The notes beneath the pieces are model-generated. The model was given only the letters and a program-made list of their open reading frames with translations, made no database searches and was not told the DNA's origin. A stretch of DNA of 46,706 nt, filler included, from Pseudogymnoascus verrucosus (lineage: Eukaryota): NCBI GenBank assembly GCA_001662655.1. It is 25 parts of 25 records of this genome, joined end to end, with 100 filler letters (N's around TTAATTAATTAA, not from the genome) between each part and the next. Parts side by side here need not be neighbours in the genome. Positions count along the whole stretch, not along the records: positions 36,702 to 38,038 come from KV460346.1; positions 38,139 to 39,452 come from KV460347.1; positions 39,553 to 40,807 come from KV460348.1; positions 40,908 to 42,040 come from KV460349.1; positions 42,141 to 43,254 come from KV460350.1; positions 43,355 to 44,445 come from KV460351.1; positions 44,546 to 45,597 come from KV460352.1; positions 45,698 to 46,706 come from KV460353.1; 17 more parts are not named here. One strand, written 5' to 3'. The position numbers and the translations under genes were made by a program. The number at the start of each line of letters is the position of its first letter. The first letter of the stretch is position 1. This document shows positions 36,744 through 46,706 of this stretch, piece by piece.

Positions 36744-37013
36744 CGGTTGGGGGGGTGGTTTGTGGGGGGGGATGTGGGGTGGGGGGGGGGTTGGGGGGGG
36801 GGGGGGGGAGGGGGGGGTGGGGGGAGGGGGAGGGGGGGGAGGATGGTGCCTGATGGCGCCAGTGGGAGGGTGTGAGGGCGGGGAATCAGACTGGTCTGAG
36901 ATGTGTGGAAGAGGGATTGGGGGTGTTTGAGATGGTAGATGCTGGGTAATAATTCGGGATTGGAATCGGGGATAGGCAAGGACGAATAGGAGGGAGATGG
37001 GGTGAAAACACAC

Positions 37014-38038
37014 CTTATCTTTCTTACACCCGAACCCCTCAAGATAGCACCACCCAACCTCATTCATCGCGTCTAGAATCCCTTCCGTTAGCCGGCTGTG
37101 CATACGTGTGGGGGTGGGCCAAGAGAATGCGAGGGTCGTACCTGTGTCCCCTAGATTCGCGGCGGTTTCGTAATACTGCGTTTCGTCAGCTCCTTGTGCT
37201 ACCGATTGACTTTCCCCTCACTATCGCCATATACCACCGACGATCACGAGGCGCACGCCACACCACTTACTTGCTTAGCAGCCACGGGGTCCTTCTTGAC
37301 CCCCCAACCTTGCCTGAAGGAATTCGCGAGCTCGAAAATCGCGAGGACTAGCTCGCCCTTTGCGGCGCCTCCTTTTGCGGAGCCGGCGCGCAGAGCGGCT
37401 TCTTCGATGGAGGCGGCGTTTGAAGCGGCATAGGTGAGATATTGCATTGCCTGCGCTGGATCCGCTGTGCAGCCCCATCCGTGTCTATTCAATTGTGTCA
37501 GTAAAATGTTGCGAAAAAGAACCATGTAGCTGATGACCCAAGGACCAGCAAGGAGGTGAGTGAGGATAAAATCCCATACCTTAGAGCAAGCCCATAAAGC
37601 ACCTGACTCAACGCATTATTATCCCCCCCCGGATCCGCCAACCGGCCAAACATCCGCGTCGCCTCCTCCAAGCTCCCCTCCTCATGAAGCCGGATAGCCT
37701 CCTGTATATTATCATCCGCCTTCTTATCCCCCACCACGCCCACGTTCTCTCTCCTCAGCTCCTGCCCCAGCGTCTGTCCCATCCCCACCCCCGCGGTCGC
37801 TAGCAGGCTTCCAACGCCCCTCTCAGGACTCCCGCTCGCGCTGCGAATGATAGCGCCGTTGCTCCTCGCAAGCAGCGTGGCGCGCTTCTCCCACTGGCGC
37901 TCGCGCTCTGTTTGGTCGCCCCCCCCTTCGGCATCGGGGGCTACGTCTATCGCGGGGAGGTCGGTGGGGATGTTTGAGCTGCTGACTTCGCGGCGGAGGT
38001 GGAGGCGGGCGGAGAGGCGGCGGCGGGTGCGGTTTTCG
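37014..38038 (-). CDS. Sel1-repeat protein (Dsf2/Nif1-like), internal exons only
   Basis: IQEAIRLHE..SQVLYGLALR | HGWGC..LAIFELANSFRQGWGVKKDP | YYETAANLGD | AMNEVGWCYLEGFGCKKDK, joined by GT..AG introns. Confidence 0.85.
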
Positions 38039-38138
38039 NNNNNNNNNNNNNNNNNNNNNNNNNNNNNNNNNNNNNNNNNNNNTTAATTAATTAANNNNNN
38101 NNNNNNNNNNNNNNNNNNNNNNNNNNNNNNNNNNNNNN

Positions 38139-38228
38139 TAGAAGGGTAAGTATCTTTGCATACAAATTTATATGTAAGGGTACTTATCGCCGCTTACGCC
38201 ATATCGCCGCTTACACCATGACTTACGT
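38139..38228. mobile_element. MITE end, TIR core TGG(T/C)GTAAGCGGCGATA
   Basis: tatcgccgcttacgccatatcgccgcttacaccatgacttacgt|ta. Confidence 0.75.
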
Positions 38229-38747
38229 TAGTTGTTATGCATAGTTCCTCATTTGACTTTCAGGCGGCACGAGTATGAGTGCAGGCAGGGTGTGGGATAT
38301 TTCTGAATCTCTGCAAAAACGTCAGAACTCTTTAGTGAATGTAATGTATTTTTGTAGCTTATGGAGCCTTTAGCCAATATTTAGGTTCAAATAAAGAGTG
38401 TTATTACCATTGTCATATTTTGTTCCATTCGGACTAACTTATCTATCTACATTGCTAAGATGTTAGTAATATATCTGTAAAAAAGATCTAGCATTTTCTA
38501 GACTTGTTAACGCTAGAGCTACTACCTAAAATAATAAAAAATATCAAAACTACCACCCTATCTATAATTAGTAGATATACTATAATTACCGATATAGACG
38601 TAATGAAGGATTAAACGGTTAGAGTGGCAATGTGCGCGACAACAATGTCATGTGTAAACAAACAAACAAACACTCATGTGATAACCTAGAACATGTGTAG
38701 GAACTATAACACTACATAATAACCTAGAACACAGGGTGTAGAAGGTA

Positions 38748-38914
38748 ACGTAAGTCGTGGTCAGACCGGCTACATGGCCAGACCGGCTACCCCACTAAAA
38801 TCTAGGACTAAACCACCAAACCTTACCACCACCACTAATACTACAATGGTAAAGCGTAGGAGTATAAAGGCTCAAGAGCGTGATTTTCGACTTTCTGAAG
38901 CTATTTTAGGAATA
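38748..38914 (+). mobile_element. Left end of a pogo transposon, TIR core TGG(T/C)CAGACCGGCTA (ATG 38846), interrupted
   Basis: Same start as 42934; inserted in the LTR-like repeat at 38617-38747. Confidence 0.85.
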
Positions 38915-39400
38915 ACGTAGGTCGTGGGGATACCGGCTCAATGGGGATACCGGCTCAATCACCAACCCCACCAAAATCTAGAGTAAGAACACTAACCCAC
39001 CACAACTACAGAATGGTACAACGCAGGAGTATTAAGGCTCAGGAGCGCAATATACAGCTTTCTGAAGCTGTTTTAGGAGTACAAACTAGAAAATTCAAAT
39101 CAGCATATACTGCAGCTAAGGCCTTAGGACTTAGGCCAGATACAGTGCGTAGGCGCATAAGCAGTGTACAGAAGACACATACTGATTCCCATTAGAAACA
39201 GCAACTCCTATCCAAAAACTAAGAGAAGACCTCTTAAAGTGGATTAAAGAGCTTACTGTAAGCGGCTACGCTCCTACCCATTGGATATTACAGGAGGTTG
39301 CAGATGAAGTCCAGTCAAATAAGTGTCGCGTTTTTCAGCCTTAACAACAACACTTACAACAACTACAACTACAACCTCAAATTCCTAACTTACCTCTTAG
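38915..39400 (+). mobile_element. Left part of a pogo transposon, TIR core TGGGGATACCGGCTCAA (ATG 39013), with stops and a frameshift
   Basis: MVQRRSIKAQ..LGLRPDTVRRR..KWIKELT; another TIR starts at 39435. Confidence 0.85.
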
Positions 39401-39946
39401 TTAACAGTTCTAATATTTTAAAACAGTTAATGTAACGTAGGTCGTGGCGTAANNNNNNNNNNNNNNNNNNNNNNNNNNNNNNNNNNNNNNNNNNNNTTAA
39501 TTAATTAANNNNNNNNNNNNNNNNNNNNNNNNNNNNNNNNNNNNNNNNNNNNTCCCCAATCCTGCGTTGCGTCACCGATCAACAGGGGGCATATGTACTC
39601 GAGTACGTATGTTGCAGCACGCAAATCCACCTTTGGACCCAATATAACTAACTCCCTTATCGCGCCCGTTCAAATCTCAAAAGCTCCCCTTCTACCCCCA
39701 AACACACATCCTTCTCATTCTCCTACACTCCTTATCTCCTTTAAAACCATCGACGACTCCAACCGGCCATCTCGCCAGAGAGTCACCTACCCTACAGACT
39801 ACACTCCTCTCTCTCCTAGAGTTTCAACAACTTTTCCGTCGCCCATCCGAGTCGCCCGGCGTGAAACGTCAGCCCTAAATAACAAGGGAAAAATCCATCT
39901 CCTTCTCCTGAACAACCTCGAATCCCCCTCAACCACCAACAGCAAA

Positions 39947-40709
39947 ATGTCCAGCAACAAAGCATCCCGCAAGAAGTCGCCCACGCGAAAGGGCTCCTCG
40001 CGCTCACCCGCTCCCAAGGACAAGGTGAGCGCCGAGCAGCCTCTCCTGAATGGCACGGGCGCCGCCGCCGCAGGCAGCAAGGAGGAGCACCCTTACGAGA
40101 ACATTTTTCTCTTCTGGCCGAATATCATCGGTAAGTCTTCCACTTATCCCATCCTCTATCGATATCCTACCGCGCAGAACCTAACAACAATCCCCAGGCT
40201 ACGTGCGCATCGTCCTCGCCCTCGGCTCGCTCTACTACATGCCTCTCCACCCCCGAACCTGCACAATCCTCTACAGCGTGTCGTGTCTCCTCGACGCCCT
40301 CGACGGCTACGCCGCGCGCTACTTCAGCCAGTCCACCCGCTTCGGCGCTGTTCTGGATATGGTGACTGATCGCTGCACGACGGCGTGTCTGCTTGTTTTC
40401 CTCGCCTCCGCGTTCCCGCGCTGGTCGATCGTGTTTCAGGGTCTTATCTCTTTGGATCTCGCGAGCCATTACATGCATATGTACGCTACGCTCGTGATGG
40501 GTGGATCGGGAGAGAGTCACAAGAAGGTCGATCGTAGCCGTAGCTACATCCTGAACCTTTACTACACGAACAAGGTACTTCCCCCATTCTCCCCCAAAAC
40601 CACCACATCATGAACTCCCCGCTAACCCCACCCCCCCTTCCAGACGGTCCTCTTCCTCTTCTGCGCCCTCAACGAAATCTTCTTCATAGCCCTCTACCTC
40701 CTCTCCTTC
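39947..40709 (+). CDS. PIS1: Phosphatidylinositol synthase, 3'-truncated
   Basis: ENIFLFWPNIIG|YVR; introns 40131-40197 and 40575-40643; CDP-alcohol phosphotransferase motif LDALDGYAAR..FGAVLDMVTDR; DLASHYMHMY. Confidence 0.95.
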
Positions 40710-40907
40710 CCCCCTCCCCCCCCCCCCCCCCCCCCCCCCCCAGCCCCCCCCCCCCCCTCCCCCCCCCCCCCCCCCCCCCCCGCCCCCCCCCCCCCCCCCT
40801 CCCCCCCNNNNNNNNNNNNNNNNNNNNNNNNNNNNNNNNNNNNNNNNNNNNTTAATTAATTAANNNNNNNNNNNNNNNNNNNNNNNNNNNNNNNNNNNNN
40901 NNNNNNN

Positions 40908-42040
40908 GGGCTATTTTACCGACCCCACCAAAATCTAGGACTAAACCACTGAACTACCACCTTTAAAAATCGCAAATAATTCAATTACTACCACCCTAAT
41001 TCATCTATATCATCCTCTGAAGGCTCTTCTTCACTCTCTTCATCTATTTCCTCAATTGTAGCTTCGTTTATAGGTTGTGGCGTTGTTCTAGGCCTCTGTG
41101 AAGCTGTTGCTGTTGCTGCTTCTGCTTCTACAACTTGCAACCGGAGTTCTTCTGTAGAAATGTGGAATTGACCCTTCAAAACTGCTCTTTTACCCTTATT
41201 CTGTATTCTTCGCTTTTGGATAATTGAGCGTAAGTTATCNNNNNNNNNNNNNNNNNNNNNNNNNNNNNNNNNNNNNNNNNNNNNNNNNNNNNNNNNNNNN
41301 NNNNNNNNNNNNNNATATATCGCTTTGTAGGAGTATTCAAAACACCTTGATTTAAGGCTGTAGAGAGCACAGTATTCGCTTTTTGAAGGGTATTAAAATC
41401 AGGTGGACTGCTGTTTAGAAATACCTTCTCAAAAATATCATGCTCTGTAGGAGTATGTGGTCGTTCTACTATAACGTCTATAGTAGGAAGTGTAGCTGCT
41501 CGAATGACCGTTTGTGGTTGAAATGGCTGTAGACCACTCCCTCTCTAAGCAGAATTGATATTTGAAGTCGAAAAAGCAGCTGCTCTTGCAGTAATATATG
41601 CATCCATCCATTCTAACTTATGTATTCGTAGGAGTTGTGCCTCATTAAGGTGCGAGAGAGCTGTTGTAAGGTGTTGCTTTAAGGGCCCAAAAATCGAAAT
41701 ATCAAGTGGCTGTAGAACATGAGATGTATGAGGAGGTATTATAAGGAGCGATATTCGATTTTAAATGCAGTGTGATATAAAGCTTCCGCTTATATGGCTA
41801 TCATGGCCATCGCAAATTAGGAGCTATTGCTGTAGTCGTCCATTTTGTGTTGCTTTTGCTCTTGTAGAGGGCTCAAAAACACGTTTTAGCCACTCTAATC
41901 CATGAAGATTGCTTGTCCATCCCTTTGTATTTGCAGAGAAGTGCCATTTTTGTATAACCTCCTTCGGAATCCAGCTTTGTAGTATATTCTGTCCTTTGAA
42001 GATAATAAGGGGTTCAATAGCTGTTCCATCCATACAGATG
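40908..42040 (-). mobile_element. 3' half of a pogo transposon (AAAGGGCTA-type end), lightly mutated
   Basis: MDGTAIEPLIIFKG..KGWTS..LLICDGHDSH..LQPLDISIFGPLK..DELGW*; few stops. Confidence 0.9.
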
Positions 42041-42140
42041 NNNNNNNNNNNNNNNNNNNNNNNNNNNNNNNNNNNNNNNNNNNNTTAATTAATTAANNNN
42101 NNNNNNNNNNNNNNNNNNNNNNNNNNNNNNNNNNNNNNNN

Positions 42141-42668
42141 ACCCAATCCTGCCCAAGAGGTAAGTTAGGAATTTGAGATTGTAGTTGTTGAGTTTGTGGT
42201 TGTTGAGTTTGTAGTTGTTGTAGCTGTTGTTGAGGCTGAAAAACGCGACACTTATTTAACCGGACTTCATCTGCAACCTCCCGTAATATCCGATGGCTAG
42301 GAGCGTAGCCACTTGTAGTAAGCTCCTTAATCCACTTTAATAGGGTCTGCTCTTGGTTTTTAGATAGGAGTTGCTGTTGCTGTCGCGCTTCTGTCCGTGT
42401 AAGGCTACTACCTTTAACGCGTCGTTGTATAGTCCTCTCACAGACCCCTAACACCTTTGCAGCCTCATATAATGACTTATATTTTTTGTTTCAGACTCCT
42501 AGGACTGCTTCAGCTATTTTATTATTGTGTTCTTAAGCATTCTGGCTCTTCTGTCGTACCATAACTTAATAAAAGTTATATAGTAGTAGTAATTAAGGCT
42601 GTTAATAGGGTGGTCCTAACCCCACTACCGACATTACGCCATTACCGACATTACGCCACGACCTACGT
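42141..42668 (-). mobile_element. Left part of a pogo transposon, TIR core TGGCGTAATGTCGGTA (ATG 42562, early stops)
   Basis: MVRQKSQNA*..LGVCERTIQRRV..LLKWIKELT; TIR ends at 42668|TA. Confidence 0.88.
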
Positions 42669-42933
42669 TACAACCTAAGTTACCTCTTAGGCAAGATTGG
42701 GTTCTACAATTCATTTAAAGGCATCCTAACTTACGTGTTAAGTTAGGACGTAGAGTTGAGGCACAGAGGATGAATGGGGTAACAAAAGAGGTGTTAAAGG
42801 GGTGGTTTGACGCGTATAAAAGCCTTACAACAGAGCTAAAAATCGAAACATATAATATCTATAACATAGACAAGACTAGATTTTCAATTAGAACTATGTA
42901 ATCTATACGAATTATAGTTGATTCTACGCTCTA
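42669..42933 (+). pseudogene. Internal pogo transposase fragment lying between two outward insertions
   Basis: Matches about 33915-34173. Confidence 0.8.
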
Positions 42934-43254
42934 ACGTAAGTCGTGGTCAGACCGGCTACATGGCCGGACCGGCTACCCCACCAAAATCCAGAATAGAACC
43001 ACCAAACCCAACCACCACCACTAATACTACAATGGTGAAGCGTAGGAGTATAAAGGCTCAAGAGCGTGATTTTCGACTTTCTGAAGCTATTTTAGGAATA
43101 CAGACTGGAAAATACAAATCTGCAAATGCTGCAGCTATAGCCTTAGGGCTAAGGCCAGACACTATACGGAGACGCGTTAGTGGTATACACTGTACACAAG
43201 CAGAAGCGCAACTACATAATCAGCTACTATCAAAAAATCAAGAACAGATACTCT
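42934..43254 (+). mobile_element. Left end of a pogo transposon, TIR core TGG(T/C)C(A/G)GACCGGCTA, ORF from 43032
   Basis: MVKRRSIKAQ..LGLRPDTIRRRV..QLLSKNQEQIL is open to the contig end. Confidence 0.88.
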
Positions 43255-43354
43255 NNNNNNNNNNNNNNNNNNNNNNNNNNNNNNNNNNNNNNNNNNNNTT
43301 AATTAATTAANNNNNNNNNNNNNNNNNNNNNNNNNNNNNNNNNNNNNNNNNNNN

Positions 43355-44092
43355 AAGAACATGACGAGCGTTATGATGGATGTGTAGAGAACAACGACGA
43401 CGATACTGAACCAGGCGGCGATGCGAAACCATGTCTGCGGCGACAATCGGAGGTAGACCGTGAGCAGCGAGAGTTTCGTGAAGCCATTGCACAGCTGGTA
43501 AACAGGAGCTGCAATGTATATGTCCTTTGGAAAGTCATCAGTCCAACCCGTGTAATTTGCGGGGCAGTAGGGTATCGCAAAAACTTACGACCGAGTACTT
43601 CTCGAATCTTGTGAGTGGCATTTCCCACACATGGACACACAGGCCGCCCCCAGCAATTGATCCTGCGAGGTTATCGTCAGCAATGCCACTTTGACAGAAT
43701 GAAATCAAGTATCCTTACGGACAAGTATTGCCTGTGTTGCTATTGAGAAGCCCTATAGATGGCTGTTAGTCGTCTATGCCATAGAGGGATTCCCTGTATC
43801 GCCATATCATACCCATCCAATGAGCATCAAATCTGTTGGTGTCAGTAACGAGTTATTGCGGTTTCCTTGAATACTAACAGTCATCTATCTGCAAAGACCT
43901 GTGTTTGGTCAAGAATAGCTTCGTGTAGAGCCGCTGGCATATAGCAAGAAAGGCCAAAGTTCCTCCTATGGCGAACACTAAGTAGTGTGCCAACCATAAA
44001 TGGTGCCGGGGCGGATTGTTGAAATCTGGGATAATGCCTGGTGGCGGCAGCTCGAAGACGGTGACACCGTTGACGACTGGAAATCCCGACAT
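43355..44092 (-). CDS. PTH11-like (rhodopsin-domain) integral membrane protein without CFEM, multi-exon, 3'-truncated
   Basis: LPPPG..PDF.NP, QRLYTK..LQIDD, CVHVWEMP, FTKLSLLTVYLRL across short GT..AG introns. Confidence 0.85.
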
Positions 44093-44545
44093 CTCATCAG
44101 CGGGGCCGGCTACACAGTGCTTCGCGTCACCGGAAGAAAAGCTAGAGGTGTAAGCAAGTTGGAGATCGTGTGGAGAGCGCCGCGAATCAGATTATATATG
44201 GTACATACATACCTAGGTTGCTCCTCCCTCTAGAATAGATTACTGCGCATGTTAAAATTTGTCTCAGCCCTCTTGTTTTAAGCCATGTGATGTTGTAACT
44301 CCGCGGCCTGCCATTGTCTCATTGATATGACGTATTTCCCCGGTGTTGAAGGTTAGATCCCGTTGATGTTAGTCTGAGGTGCCTTAGGCTGAAAGCTGCC
44401 GACGGGTGAGAAAATCGGTTGTAGATTGGTAGTCAGGTCGTAGTCNNNNNNNNNNNNNNNNNNNNNNNNNNNNNNNNNNNNNNNNNNNNTTAATTAATTA
44501 ANNNNNNNNNNNNNNNNNNNNNNNNNNNNNNNNNNNNNNNNNNNN

Positions 44546-45597
44546 AACAGCTAAGGCTGCTATTATCTCGTCTATAGCTTAGATCTGTGTTTTCGTTAGC
44601 TAGATAACATCCCTTAGCAGCACTTAGTCTAGCTTAGCCTATGTGAAATGGCCGCCCTCGTAATGCACTACATAGTAGTAGTACACTAAGAGCTGCTTTA
44701 TGGTAGTAAAGTACGTAACTAGGGTTAACAGGTTCTTAAAATGCTAGAACCCGTCTGCTTTTCCTAACGCCCTAGCATAGAATTCGTTTAGAATATTAGC
44801 CTACTACTACGTCATTTTCCGCTCTAGCAAAGTGTTACTATATAGCTTGTAGGCATCTCTTAACATAGCCTTAGCAGCACCTAGGATGTAGACTAGGTTA
44901 AGATCTATAGCACCCTTAGCACTAGCATCAACCTCTCTCTTTAGTAGTAGCTTATATAAGTACTAGATCTCTTCCTCCTTTAGCTTAGCCGTGTGCGATN
45001 NNNNNNNNNNNNNNNNNNNNNNNNNNNNNAGACAATGCTAGCTTGCTCTTTAATATCTCCCTTAACGTCTTAGTAGTCCTCCTCTAGCTTTATAAAAAGC
45101 GCCTTCTCCTCTTCTTTTAATAGTGTTGATAATTCTAATATATTTAGTTTTTCCTCATTTTTGTTTTTATCAACTACAATAAAATAATCAATTCGGCCCT
45201 TCCCTACAAAATATGTCTATAGCGTACACTCTTTCTATAATTGCCTTGTCTTATGCTCTACTGCCTTAATTTTATAAGAACAACTTACGTGCTCTTTCAT
45301 CTTAGGCAAATGCTACGTATAGTAGCTGCATTGCGTATAGAGACAGTAGAAGCCATCGTACGTAGCTAGGCCCTTAATTAGTGCACACCTAGCCCTTAGC
45401 TTACACGCCTCGTTTTTAAGCTCCTCAATCGTCTTAAGCTTGTAATTGCTTAATAGTTGGACCTATGTCTTAAGTACATTGCCTAAAAGCTAGTGTAGAT
45501 CCGCTTAAAGGTGCTGCTCTTACCTAGACCAACCTAGGACGACGTAAGACCTATACATACAACATACTACTATACTGTTACAGCTGAAACATGCAAC
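44546..45597 (-). pseudogene. Second, diverged RIP-mutated DUF3505-domain gene
   Basis: Minus strand reads YDGFYCLYTQCSYYT*HLPKMKEHV..L*KECTL*TYFVGKGRIDYFIVV; many TAG/TAA. Confidence 0.65.
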
Positions 45598-45697
45598 NNN
45601 NNNNNNNNNNNNNNNNNNNNNNNNNNNNNNNNNNNNNNNNNTTAATTAATTAANNNNNNNNNNNNNNNNNNNNNNNNNNNNNNNNNNNNNNNNNNNN

Positions 45698-45887
45698 AAG
45701 CAGACTTAAATTGATTTGATCGGACAGCTAATACTGCCTTCTCTATTTCAATATTATGCTCTTGGGCCTTAATACTCCTACGCTTAACCATTTGATGTAG
45801 TAGTGGTGATAGTCGAGTGGTTGATAGGGTGGGCCCAACCCCACTAGTGCCAGTAGGCCATTGGTGCCATTAGGCCACGACTTACGT
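45698..45887 (-). mobile_element. Left end of a pogo transposon, TIR core TGGCCTA(A/C)TGGCAC (ATG 45791)
   Basis: MVKRRSIKAQEHNIEIEKAVLAVRSNQFKSA; TIR matches that at 33391. Confidence 0.85.
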
Positions 45888-46077
45888 TAGCTTACATTAT
45901 TACAAATTAAACCCTAATGTATGCATATATAAAGAGTAATAATATAAGAGGATTAAGCTTTATAACAATTAATTAAAAAGTTATTAAGGTTTTAATTTTA
46001 GTCACGTGACGTGGATTTTGGTGTGGTTTCTAGAATAGCCCTTTAGGCCATGTAGCCCTTTAGGCCATGACCTACGT
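45888..46077. mobile_element. CCTAAAGGG-type MITE half
   Basis: Near-identical to 35237-35418 and 10352-10532. Confidence 0.85.
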
Positions 46078-46079
46078 TA

Positions 46080-46706
46080 ACGTAAGTCGTGGTCAGACCG
46101 GCTACATGGCCGGACCGGCTACCCCACCAAAATCCAGAATAGAACCACCAAACCACCAACTTAGAAAATCGCAAATAATTCAATTACTACCACCCTAATT
46201 CATCTATATCATCCTCTGAAGGCTCTTCTTCGCTCTCTTCATCTATTTCCTCAATTATAGCTTCGTTTATAGGCCGTGGCGTTGTTCTAGGCCTCTGTGA
46301 AGCTGTTGCTGTTGCTGTTGCTGCTTCTGCTTCTATAACTTGCGACTGGAGTTCTTCTGTAGAAATGTGGAATTGACCCTTTAAAACTGCTCTCTTACCC
46401 TTATTCTGTGCCCTACGCTTCTGGATAATTGAGCGTAAGTTATCACACTCTCTTTTCTGAAGGGTGTTGCGTGTATTAAGGCGTTCTGACTCATCTGCTA
46501 ACTTATTGATATATCGCTTTGTAGGAGTATTTAAAACACCTTGATTTAAGGCTGTTGAGAGCACTGTATTTGCTTTGTGAAGTGTTTGAAAATCAGGTGG
46601 ACTGCTATTCAAAAATACCTTCTCAAAAATATCATGCTCTGTAGGAGTATGTGGGCGTTCTACTATAACGTCTGTAGTAGGAAGCGTAGCTGCTCGAATG
46701 ATTGTT
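46080..46706 (-). mobile_element. Right part of a pogo transposon (CAGACCGGC-type TIR); transposase C-terminus open to the stop at 46187
   Basis: ..NSSPPDFQ..KGQFHIST..DDIDELGW*; shares one TA with the MITE ending at 46077. Confidence 0.9.

Noticed and set aside
39593..39946. Upstream in-frame extension of the PIS1 ORF
   Set aside because: Pyrimidine-rich 5' UTR-like sequence; the ATG at 39947 has a good context (caaaATG) and gives a normal-length N-terminus.
2824..45697. Regularly recurring TTAATTAATTAA motif, and apparent clustering of genes across it
   Set aside because: It is a synthetic contig linker in fixed N padding. Neighbouring contigs are not linked, so no gene cluster or synteny can be inferred.

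Overview
Fungal (filamentous ascomycete; Leotiomycete/Pseudogymnoascus-like by inference only) DNA. It is not one locus: 25 short contigs (1-2.8 kb) are joined by 24 artificial 100-bp linkers (44 N + TTAATTAATTAA + 44 N), so adjacency across linkers means nothing. Gene-bearing contigs carry mostly partial genes: DHA1 MFS transporter, nitrilase (in a perfect 2.7-kb palindrome), a nucleotidyltransferase-like + ankyrin protein, CE3 SGNH esterase, a frameshifted TRP1/trpC copy, a membrane-anchored glutaredoxin, an NLR-type ankyrin array, a WetA-like protein, bZIP, CE1-like esterase, Sel1-repeat protein, PIS1 and a PTH11-like receptor. About half of the contigs are nests of RIP-mutated pogo/Fot1-type DNA transposons and MITEs. 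Main finding: this pogo family appears modular. One near-identical CENP-B/DDE transposase body and shared MITE interiors are joined to at least 12 TIR types (invariant ACGTA(A/G)GTC(A/G)TGG end plus a variable 17-bp tandem repeat), and the N-terminal HTH differs between TIR types. The elements repeatedly insert into one another's TIRs and into RIP-made TA sites. Also present: TTAGGG repeats joined directly onto a broken DUF3505 (telomere-linked-helicase-type) pseudogene, a Starship-type ferric reductase relic, and a hAT end.
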